40,000 nt of DNA from Serratia phage PCH45. The translations under genes and the position numbers were made by a program. Position 1 is the stretch's first letter; each line of letters opens with the position of its first letter. The DNA is taken from the sequence record MN334766.1; one strand, written 5' to 3'. The notes under the pieces were generated by a model that was not told where the DNA came from, ran no database searches, and worked only from the letters and a program-made list of their open reading frames with translations. Shown here one piece after another: positions 32,720-40,000 of this stretch.

Positions 32720-34723
32720 ATGCAAAAAGTGTATGCGCGCGAACTACTCCACTGGTCATTCGATGAGCTCTGGGAGAAAGAGGAAGACTACGAACCTTTT
32801 ATCCTGGAGTTCGATGATGAACAGATCGAAACCACATGGCAACAGACAATGGTGTCTTGGATGTATTGGCGATTCCATATCGAATATCCCGATACGCCGT
32901 TGCTCTGCCATATGCACGTGATGGGCGAGTTCCTCTCGCCTACACTGCAATGTAAGTTGTTGGAACGTGGGAAAGCAGATGTGCGCTCTGTGTACCCTAA
33001 TGTCGACGACGAAGATCTCAACTTAATCGCGTATCAAATCACCAACCAAAATCATAACTTTGCGGTAGGCGACTTAGAACCTTATGTTGGGACACTCGAT
33101 GCTCTGGCTTTCCTCCAGGTGCATAAAGACGAACGGATCACTGAGATCCGTAACGAGATTATCGATAACCCGTCTAAGCGAACAGTGAACAAGATTTACG
33201 GTCGCATTAAAGACATCTTGATGTACGATAAAGATTATCGGAATAACCCGATAACAATCTCGTTGAACCAGGGCACAATCAAAGTAGGCCAGTTACTCCA
33301 AATCATTGGCATGCGTGGTTACTGTTCTGAGATTAACCAAAAGATCTTCCGGAACATCATTCCGGTCGGGTTCATGCACGGGCTTAACCGCCCGTCCTTC
33401 TTCGGTATGGAATCACGTAGTGGTTCTACAGCAATGTTAAGTACCGATGACCCGGTTAAGATGACAGAGTACTATAACCGTGAGCTGCAACTGTTAAACT
33501 ACGGGATTACAGAAATCGACTTCGAAGACTGTGGTTCCGATGAGACGATGCCGTGGACGGTTACTGACTCTGACCTGGATTCGCTGTTGGCTGGTAAGTA
33601 CTACATGTACGATGGCGTCCCAGTAGAAATCCGTAAGAAAGATCGTCATCTTATCGGGAAGACGATCGAGCTTCGCACACCGGCGTACTGTCATCACCCT
33701 GACGATGCTGTCGTTTGTAAGTATTGTTTAGGTGAAGTAGCCGAGTCGTTCCAGCGTGATGGTAACGTGCAGTACCAAGCAACGGTACAGCAGAACGAAA
33801 CTGTATCGCAGAGTACGATCTCGGTTAAGCACTTGTTGATGTCGGCGGAATCTGATTCTTATACAATCGATCCGTTCTACACCAACTTGTTCGATAACAG
33901 TTCGAACGATAAGGACATCTCGCTTGCGAGCGGTGTCTGGCTGAAGCACGGAGTAAAACTGATCTTCGACCGCCGTGATATCATGCGACTGTCTGATGTG
34001 ATTAGCACTGATGATTTTAGTCAGCACGACGTTTCGACGTTTGCGAAGATCCGTACGGTCACTCTTGTTTACCAGGATGACCACAAAAAGGATCCGGAAG
34101 TTCATTCCGTCCCCTTGAACCACGGTTCCTACATGCCGTTCCTGACGGCAGAATTCCTCGCCTACATCCGCGATTACGGTTACGATATCGTGGAAGGGAA
34201 TATCGAGGTATCATTGGCTCACTGGCCTGAGGGCGAAGTTATCTTCCGTCTTCCTGAACGCCGCTCCACTGTCCTGGAAGCAGCGATCATGTTGAAGAAG
34301 GAGATCTTTGCCATAGGCGATGAAGCTAAAGAAGCACGTGTGCGGTTGCGCATGAACCTACGTGACCCGATGCTAATGGCGAAGGCAATCCGCGATATCG
34401 CAGAACTGACCAACGCCCGTTTCCATGTGTCGCTACCGATCATTGAATTGGTAATGTTGGCCATGATGGCTCGGGATCCAGAAAACGGTGACTTCCGTCT
34501 TCCGCGTAAAGGTACAGGCGCTCGCTTTGCTCCGCAACGTGCTATAATGAACGGCCGCTCTCTTGGCGGCAAGGCACCATATGAACGCCAGTATGAAATG
34601 GTAGTTAGTCCGGATTCGTACCTTAACGAAGACCGACCTGATCACCCGATGGATGAACTCCTGGTTCCCCTAGGAAGACGTTCGTCGAAATGGCGTCCTA
34701 GAGCTCCGATTGAAAAATCGTGA
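32720..34723 (+). CDS. multisubunit RNA polymerase beta' subunit C-terminal fragment (non-virion RNAP-type)
   Basis: SRSGSTAMLSTDDPVKMTEYYNRELQLLNYGITEIDFEDCGS, CHHPDDAVVCKYCLGEV zinc-like motif, ATG abutting the stop of the beta fragment. Confidence 0.75.
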   Translation: MQKVYARELLHWSFDELWEKEEDYEPFILEFDDEQIETTWQQTMVSWMYWRFHIEYPDTPLLCHMHVMGEFLSPTLQCKLLERGKADVRSVYPNVDDEDLNLIAYQITNQNHNFAVGDLEPYVGTLDALAFLQVHKDERITEIRNEIIDNPSKRTVNKIYGRIKDILMYDKDYRNNPITISLNQGTIKVGQLLQIIGMRGYCSEINQKIFRNIIPVGFMHGLNRPSFFGMESRSGSTAMLSTDDPVKMTEYYNRELQLLNYGITEIDFEDCGSDETMPWTVTDSDLDSLLAGKYYMYDGVPVEIRKKDRHLIGKTIELRTPAYCHHPDDAVVCKYCLGEVAESFQRDGNVQYQATVQQNETVSQSTISVKHLLMSAESDSYTIDPFYTNLFDNSSNDKDISLASGVWLKHGVKLIFDRRDIMRLSDVISTDDFSQHDVSTFAKIRTVTLVYQDDHKKDPEVHSVPLNHGSYMPFLTAEFLAYIRDYGYDIVEGNIEVSLAHWPEGEVIFRLPERRSTVLEAAIMLKKEIFAIGDEAKEARVRLRMNLRDPMLMAKAIRDIAELTNARFHVSLPIIELVMLAMMARDPENGDFRLPRKGTGARFAPQRAIMNGRSLGGKAPYERQYEMVVSPDSYLNEDRPDHPMDELLVPLGRRSSKWRPRAPIEKS

Positions 34724-34724
34724 A

Positions 34725-34768
34725 CTTATTGTGCCAAAGGCTCGCAGTAATGCGGGTCTAACAATAAG
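34725..34768 (+). promoter_or_regulatory. compact structured intergenic element CTTATTGT...ACAATAAG
   Basis: 8-bp closing stem enclosing GCC-aaa-GGC and CTCGC-agtaat-GCGGG sub-stems. Confidence 0.35.
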
Positions 34769-34785
34769 CTGAGAGAGGGCCTATC

Positions 34786-36312
34786 ATGTTACAGGGGACG
34801 ATCCGAAAGTACTCTCACTACTTTTCGGTTAATGCTCATGAGGCCCGCTTACGAATCGCGATGCAAAGCTATCAGACTGAGTTTCTTATTGAAAAGCAGC
34901 TCACGAAGAAACGCGGACGCTTTCGAATGGAGAACAAGCGCTTCTGGTGGAGACGTAGTCTTCGCAATGGGGAGCGCGCGTTCAACATAAACGAGTTCGA
35001 TGCTTTTATGGAGTTCATGCGCAAGTGGGGATTTACACCCGAAGACTTTAAGGTCGTTGAGGCGATAATCCCCGAAGCTGATAAGGTAGATCTAAAGGTT
35101 GAAGGTTTCGAACCATGGGCTGAACAGGTCCCGCTGATAGATCATGCCAAGGGAGATCACCACCAGTATGCGGTAACGCTACAACCTGGCGGTGGTAAGA
35201 CCATTATCGCATTGTTCGTGGCTTCTATATTTGGTGTACGATTTGCCGTTGTCACCAAAGGCGGGTATGAAGGCCGATGGGTTCCAGCGTTGTACAATAC
35301 ACTGGGACTTAAGCCTGAGGAGGTCCGTTCCTGCTGTGGCGCGAAAGCTATCGTTAATTTGATAGGCGAGTGCAAGAAAAAAGGGATTGAGGCAGTGAAA
35401 GCTGTCTTCTTCTCGATTGGCGGGATACGAGACTACATCAAGAACTACGAGGCAGGGTTATACGAAGGTAAGATTTGCGAAGACGTTCCGCCAGAGAAGC
35501 TCTATGAGTTTCTGGGGATTGGGTTCAGGATAGTTGATGAGGCACACGAAGAAATTCATGCGCATTACATTGCCGACCTGTACACCAACATCAAGCATAG
35601 CCTGTACCTTACAGGCACGCTGATTCCTCGAGATGAATTCATGGCGCGGCGTTACGAAACTTTCCTCCCCGAGAAGATACGTAAGTCAGAAGACAAGTTC
35701 AACGTCTACGTCAAAGCGGTTGAGGTGTTCTATTACCTCAATAACCCAGACGAAGCCCGGTACACCGGTTCCCAAGGTTCCTATAGTCACACTACTTACG
35801 AGCAGTGGATTATGAAGGACGAAGTGAGGCTCAAGAACTGGCTTAGTGGTGTGTATGACTACATCGTGTCAGTTTGGGCAGCTAACCGGGTCGAAGAAAC
35901 GAAGATCATACTCTTTGCGGCAACGATCGAACTTGGGGGTAAGATGGCGGAGTATTTCGCCAGACGCATGCCTGACCTCCGGGTTATCCAGTATAAAGCT
36001 GGTGACCCTTACGACTATTTGATTGATAACGACGTTATATTTGCTACTCTTGGCAAAGCTGGTACTGCGGTTGACATTCCCGATTTAGAGCAGGTTCATC
36101 TCACCACAGCTATTGACTCGGCGAATGCTTATGTTCAAGCCTTCGGGCGTCTGCGTGATTTAGTCAAGCGGTTCCCGAACATAACACCGGAGTTTCACTG
36201 GTATACGTGTTTATCGATCGATAAGCAAGTGGCCTACGGTAAGAGGAAAAGAGATGTCCTTAAACCGAGGGTACTTGGATTCCGTAGCGAGTATCTATCA
36301 AAGCGGGTCTAG
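34786..36312 (+). CDS. superfamily 2 DNA/RNA helicase (UvsW-like)
   Basis: Walker A-like LQPGGGKTIIA, DEAH box (FRIVDEAHEE), LTGTL motif III, GTAVDIP and QAFGRLR motif VI-like. Confidence 0.8.
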   Translation: MLQGTIRKYSHYFSVNAHEARLRIAMQSYQTEFLIEKQLTKKRGRFRMENKRFWWRRSLRNGERAFNINEFDAFMEFMRKWGFTPEDFKVVEAIIPEADKVDLKVEGFEPWAEQVPLIDHAKGDHHQYAVTLQPGGGKTIIALFVASIFGVRFAVVTKGGYEGRWVPALYNTLGLKPEEVRSCCGAKAIVNLIGECKKKGIEAVKAVFFSIGGIRDYIKNYEAGLYEGKICEDVPPEKLYEFLGIGFRIVDEAHEEIHAHYIADLYTNIKHSLYLTGTLIPRDEFMARRYETFLPEKIRKSEDKFNVYVKAVEVFYYLNNPDEARYTGSQGSYSHTTYEQWIMKDEVRLKNWLSGVYDYIVSVWAANRVEETKIILFAATIELGGKMAEYFARRMPDLRVIQYKAGDPYDYLIDNDVIFATLGKAGTAVDIPDLEQVHLTTAIDSANAYVQAFGRLRDLVKRFPNITPEFHWYTCLSIDKQVAYGKRKRDVLKPRVLGFRSEYLSKRV

Positions 36313-36329
36313 TATAGCTTGCGGTAATT

Positions 36330-36357
36330 GGGACCTTCGGGTCCCTTTTATTTTTTG
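36330..36357 (+). terminator. intrinsic terminator GGGACC-ttcg-GGTCCC-TTTTATTTTTT
   Basis: UUCG tetraloop stem and T tract. Confidence 0.85.
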
Positions 36358-36389
36358 TTACCTCATCTACTAATAAGGAAAAGAAAGAA

Positions 36390-36728
36390 ATGAAACGGTT
36401 CGAAGTATCAGTGCGCTCAAATATTGACTTCATCACTCTCGAAGGTTCAACTGTACGATTGACCAATGTCGGGACTGAAATTATTGCGAAAGATCAGGAA
36501 GATCTCAATCGCCAGCTTAATGAGTTCCTGACAGAGCTTCGTCCTTTCCACGGGATGAGTTCTGGGCTTAGTCGTGAGGAGGCGGTCGAGATTGTCGCAC
36601 GCCGGAATGACATTGTTAAAGAGCTCACTGGCTTTACTAATAAATGTTATAACCTCTGGACTGCATCAGCAGTGGCTTTTAAATTCCATCGTTGGGAACT
36701 AAGTTTTTCCTTTAGGGGAGATTTGTAA
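36390..36728 (+). CDS. hypothetical protein, 112 aa
   Basis: Intact ORF with AAGGAAAAG SD. Confidence 0.65.
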   Translation: MKRFEVSVRSNIDFITLEGSTVRLTNVGTEIIAKDQEDLNRQLNEFLTELRPFHGMSSGLSREEAVEIVARRNDIVKELTGFTNKCYNLWTASAVAFKFHRWELSFSFRGDL

Positions 36729-37207
36729 TGCAGAAAGATGAAAATGGTAACTACCATATTGTCGTATATGATGGTAATCGTCCCGGTAATGAACATCAGT
36801 ACTTGGACATTGCACAGGCTATCAATAAGTCATTCTCTCGCAAAGGTCAGTTGTTCTGCGAACTAGACAGGCCCGTGGTAGACACGAAAGATTTACTCGG
36901 TGCTATAGAACGTCTGCGCACTGTAGACGTTTCTCGTGTATGCGGGGTAATCACCGATGTTAAGTACGACCATGAAGGTCAGTTGATTACGGCTGATTTT
37001 AAACCGAATGGCCCAATGGCAGAAGCGGCGAAGAGCTTGCTAGCACGGGGACAAGTAGAGCATCGGTCTTTTTCTATTCGCACTAATGATCCGACACCGC
37101 ACCTTAATACGAGTCCGCGGTTTGGATATCGCGGTATAGGTACTCCGCGACCGGACGGTTCGGTTAAACTTGACCACGTTGTTTGTTGGGACCTGATCTC
37201 GGAATGA
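36728..37207 (+). CDS. hypothetical protein, 159 aa; faint resemblance to phage prohead-protease-like sequences
   Basis: GQLFCELDRP...RVCGVITDVKYDHEGQLITADFKPNGPMAEAAKSLLARGQVEHRSFSIRT. Confidence 0.4.
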   Translation: MQKDENGNYHIVVYDGNRPGNEHQYLDIAQAINKSFSRKGQLFCELDRPVVDTKDLLGAIERLRTVDVSRVCGVITDVKYDHEGQLITADFKPNGPMAEAAKSLLARGQVEHRSFSIRTNDPTPHLNTSPRFGYRGIGTPRPDGSVKLDHVVCWDLISE

Positions 37208-37416
37208 TCTACGAAGTGGAAGAAGGTAAAACATACCTCAGCCCCAGTAGTAAACCGTTTAAGGTTCTTCACATCGGTAAACATGGACAGAACTGCTCTT
37301 GCCCGATGATTGTTTATACTAACCTTGAGGAGACTGATCTCCCCCCTGGTCAGATATGGGTAATAGAAGAATCGCTTTTCCTTAAGTTATTCAGTGAACA
37401 GGAAGAAGGGCCGTAG
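37204..37416 (+). CDS. small hypothetical protein (70 aa), DUF1653-like pattern
   Basis: Start refined from 37183 to ATG 37204; FKVLHIGKHGQN...MIVYTNLEE...IWVIEESLFLKLF. Confidence 0.45.
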   Translation: MIYEVEEGKTYLSPSSKPFKVLHIGKHGQNCSCPMIVYTNLEETDLPPGQIWVIEESLFLKLFSEQEEGP

Positions 37417-37431
37417 CCCTTCTTTTTTTTT
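37401..37431 (+). terminator. intrinsic terminator GAAGGGC-cgta-GCCCTTC-T tract
   Basis: 7-bp stem (extendable) plus T run. Confidence 0.85.
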
Positions 37432-37442
37432 GTTTCGTGTAT

Positions 37443-37471
37443 TTGACATCTAAATCATTTTCAGATATATA
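37443..37471 (+). promoter_or_regulatory. sigma70-like promoter TTGACA-17 nt-TATATA
   Basis: Consensus -35 box and a near-consensus -10 with 17-nt spacing upstream of ATG 37530. Confidence 0.55.
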
Positions 37472-37529
37472 TAACTATAGTGAATAGAATATCCTGTTCA
37501 CTTAATCATTTTATCTAATGGAGTTTACC

Positions 37530-38156
37530 ATGTTCAAATTTATCAAAGAAGCTAAAGACCTGTCCGCTGCTAACGTAGATGCAGAAGTAATCAAACGCGC
37601 CCAGAAACGTTTTAACGGCGTAGATGCGATGGTATTCGGTTGGGTTGTACAATCAGTAGATAGCGGCAAGATCCTGTGGGCTGTAGCAGATGTAGGGTTC
37701 AGCAAAGATCTGGTTCGTCAGTTCGGTATGATCTGCATGAACGAAGGTAAGCCGCTGGTTTACGTTAACATGAAAGACCTGGCGTTCTACGTGCCGGAAC
37801 TGGCTAACTCAATGATCAGCTGGGATACTACTTCAGTTTCCCTTGGCCTGAACAACGCGATTGTAGTAGGTACTGCCTACAGCACGATCGCAACAGTCTC
37901 CAAAGCAACCCGTCTCTTTAACGAAGGCCGGGCTCGCGAAGCAATGTCAATGAACCCACCGGTTACAATCGTCTCTCCGAAAGAAGCTGGCAACGATGAC
38001 TACATGACTCTGGTCAATAAAGCACGTCGTGAGAATGGCATGTTGGTAATCGGTAATGATGTACCGGAAGCACATGTCAAACAGATCAGCGATTATGCAG
38101 AATCTGTTCTGATGGTAGAAACAGTCCGTATGGTTGCTCTGCCTAAGGCGAGCTAA
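37530..38156 (+). CDS. hypothetical protein, 208 aa
   Basis: Start refined from 37518 to ATG 37530 with GGAG SD. Confidence 0.75.
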   Translation: MFKFIKEAKDLSAANVDAEVIKRAQKRFNGVDAMVFGWVVQSVDSGKILWAVADVGFSKDLVRQFGMICMNEGKPLVYVNMKDLAFYVPELANSMISWDTTSVSLGLNNAIVVGTAYSTIATVSKATRLFNEGRAREAMSMNPPVTIVSPKEAGNDDYMTLVNKARRENGMLVIGNDVPEAHVKQISDYAESVLMVETVRMVALPKAS

Positions 38157-38160
38157 TCAG

Positions 38161-38201
38161 ACAGCAAAAAGAAGGGCCCGAAGGCCCTTCTTTTTTTTTT
38201 G
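38161..38201. terminator. bidirectional terminator, second copy of ACAGCAAAAAGAAGGGCCCGAAGGCCCTTCTTTTTTTTTTG
   Basis: Same sequence as 4666-4706 at a convergent junction. Confidence 0.9.
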
Positions 38202-38203
38202 GT

Positions 38204-38572
38204 TTAGCCTTTGATCTGACCTTGCCTAATAGCTGCCATGTCAGCGGCAACCGTATCCTTATCCGTAATGATCTTTCCTTTAGCATTCTTCGTCGCGTCT
38301 TCCGCCGTCTTTCTTTCCTCGGCTTGACGCAATTCACAATACTTGATCATCCACTCGCAGTCCTCAGGTTCATACTTCATGAAAGTGTCGAAATCCATAT
38401 GGAACCTGTCCCATACTCCAAAGCGTTCATAACGCTCAGCGTATAAGTATAGGATGCTGTGATACGCATTTGTCTCTGCCTTGTGGGCTTCTATTAATGC
38501 GTACGGATGTTCCTTCTCGTATCTCTCATCGTATATCCCGTTATCTAAATCATAGGCGCGGCGTAACATCAC
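38204..38572 (-). CDS. hypothetical protein, 122 aa
   Basis: Intact minus-strand ORF. Confidence 0.65.
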   Translation of the reverse strand: MMLRRAYDLDNGIYDERYEKEHPYALIEAHKAETNAYHSILYLYAERYERFGVWDRFHMDFDTFMKYEPEDCEWMIKYCELRQAEERKTAEDATKNAKGKIITDKDTVAADMAAIRQGQIKG

Positions 38573-38589
38573 CTGCGCCTGTAAGTTAG

Positions 38590-39996
38590 TTAGGACATGT
38601 CGAGACTGGAGTAGTCCATTTGCTCTTGGGCCTGGGCCATTGCTCCCAAATTCCCGACTCCGAACGTCGACAGGTCGGTGAGAGGCATGCCCCCCGCTTG
38701 TGAGATCTTGCGTTGGGCTAGGATAAAAAAACCCGTATCAGGATCAAACGGCAGGATGAGCTTGTTCTTCAGGCGATCAGGAACGTTCTTGTGCTCGCAG
38801 GCTTTACACGGCGTGTTCGGATAACCGATGATGGTTGTACCGATTTCCACGAGGAACTCTTCAATCCCACCGATAAGAGCATCGAGGATCTCAGGAGCCG
38901 TAGAAAGCGTTTTGAGGATAGTACGAATCTCATCCTCACCATCTACCGAGTAATAGTTCTCGGCGTCGTCTTCGTCGTTGTAGATACGAATTTCGCCAAC
39001 GTAATGGCCCCAGCGACAGATCTGTTCGATAGAAGTGATAGACTGAATCACCTCATTACGCTTTTGATCATCATCCGGGTTAGTTGCCATCGCAACGTCA
39101 ACGGCCTGGTTAACTGTAGACAACCAAGCGCGGCCGATTTGCAGCTTCTGAGCAACAGTCGGAGAGCGGAAGATAAACTCACGGTTTTCAATACGAACAG
39201 AGTACTTACTGCTCTTCTTGAATTGCGCTTTGTAATCTGCAACGTCTTCCGCCGTCATCGGCGTGGAGATACCACGGCTCAGATACTGCATTTGCTTATC
39301 GTTCAACTTACTGCGATCGATAAGGTGCATGCGGGCAGGGTTAGCACGGAACGTACTGACTTCGCCACACGCCGGGTCGATACACGGAATAGAAACCATC
39401 ACGCCTTTCGGGTAGATGACTTTGGCCAGTGCCCAGGACAGGGTCTTATGGTCTTCGTCATCGATGATTTCGCGCAGGTCCATCGGGTTACGGACAGGGA
39501 AGTTAGTTGCAGTAACCAACTTCAACGCAGCTTCGTTAATGATCTCACGGAAGATGAGGTCGTCAACAGAACCGGTCATGCCGTTAGTATCCAGGCCGAC
39601 CTGCATACGAGCATATGCCAGACTACGATCCAGTTCGGCCAGGAAGCTTGCACCTGCCGGGCTTAACTTAACCCAGATGCCCGTGTTGGTCAACGGGACA
39701 GTTACCGGACTACCCATGGTCGTACCGTACATGAAGCGGTCGAGTGCATCGCCACCTTCAAGACGTTGGCCCGGACCAACTGCCAACTTTTTGCCGGACG
39801 GCAGCATAGCCAGCTTCTGCGGTTTACCGTTAGCATCGTTATACGGGAAAGCTTGTCCCCAGTCAGAACCTTCGCGCTGAATACGACGCATCATGATATC
39901 GTCTTTCGGCGATACGCGAGCGGCCTGCTGACTGTTAACCATCCAGATGAAGTCACGCTCAGACTGAATGTCTTTACTACCGGCCAGTACCGTCAT
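38590..39996 (-). CDS. hypothetical protein, 468 aa, possible virion/baseplate-associated protein; gene runs to the window edge
   Basis: Long intact minus-strand ORF with two Cys-pair motifs (CIDPACGE, CKACEH). Confidence 0.7.
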   Translation of the reverse strand: MTVLAGSKDIQSERDFIWMVNSQQAARVSPKDDIMMRRIQREGSDWGQAFPYNDANGKPQKLAMLPSGKKLAVGPGQRLEGGDALDRFMYGTTMGSPVTVPLTNTGIWVKLSPAGASFLAELDRSLAYARMQVGLDTNGMTGSVDDLIFREIINEAALKLVTATNFPVRNPMDLREIIDDEDHKTLSWALAKVIYPKGVMVSIPCIDPACGEVSTFRANPARMHLIDRSKLNDKQMQYLSRGISTPMTAEDVADYKAQFKKSSKYSVRIENREFIFRSPTVAQKLQIGRAWLSTVNQAVDVAMATNPDDDQKRNEVIQSITSIEQICRWGHYVGEIRIYNDEDDAENYYSVDGEDEIRTILKTLSTAPEILDALIGGIEEFLVEIGTTIIGYPNTPCKACEHKNVPDRLKNKLILPFDPDTGFFILAQRKISQAGGMPLTDLSTFGVGNLGAMAQAQEQMDYSSLDMS

Positions 39997-40000
39997 GTTA

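Noticed and set aside
33728-34123. 131-aa minus-strand ORF opposite RNAP beta' C-fragment
   Set aside because: Antisense to a well-supported coding region and without a plausible ribosome-binding site.
1-40000. tRNA genes, integrase, transposase, CRISPR-Cas, retron or toxin-antitoxin modules
   Set aside because: No cloverleaf with GTTCRANNC T-arm in gaps that I could see, and no ORF carries recognisable integrase, transposase, Cas or reverse-transcriptase motifs. A tRNAscan/Infernal run would be needed to exclude them formally.

Overview
The window reads as the early/replication-transcription region of a nucleus-forming, phiKZ-like jumbo phage, probably infecting an enterobacterium. Anchors supported directly by the sequence are: a phage tubulin (PhuZ-like, 5646-6620); a C-terminal fragment of a split family-B-like DNA polymerase (12040-14241); three fragments of a split multisubunit RNA polymerase (beta' N-part with NADFDGDQM at 18270-19694; beta C-part at 30554-32719; beta' C-part at 32720-34723); an SbcD/Mre11-like nuclease (21404-22600); an SSB-like protein ending in DEDIPF (23616-24419); an SF2 helicase (34786-36312); an SLT-type lytic transglycosylase (1105-1764); and a free-standing HNH endonuclease (15390-16031). 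Observations most worth following up are: (1) a tandem array of about ten small divergent proteins at 7.5-11.5 kb that seem to share a beta-strand/helix N-terminus and a C-terminal beta-hairpin; (2) a structured ncRNA candidate at ~7160-7437 ending in a strong intrinsic terminator; (3) three large proteins with Arg/Asp/Gly-rich mixed-charge segments next to the RNAP and SSB genes, one of which sits immediately upstream of the beta' N-part where the nuclear-shell protein (chimallin) gene would be expected; (4) a recurring TATATATYAT promoter-like motif; (5) an identical ~41-nt bidirectional terminator at two convergent junctions 33 kb apart; (6) a candidate AUU start codon. Homology calls come from motif reading only. 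No database search was run.
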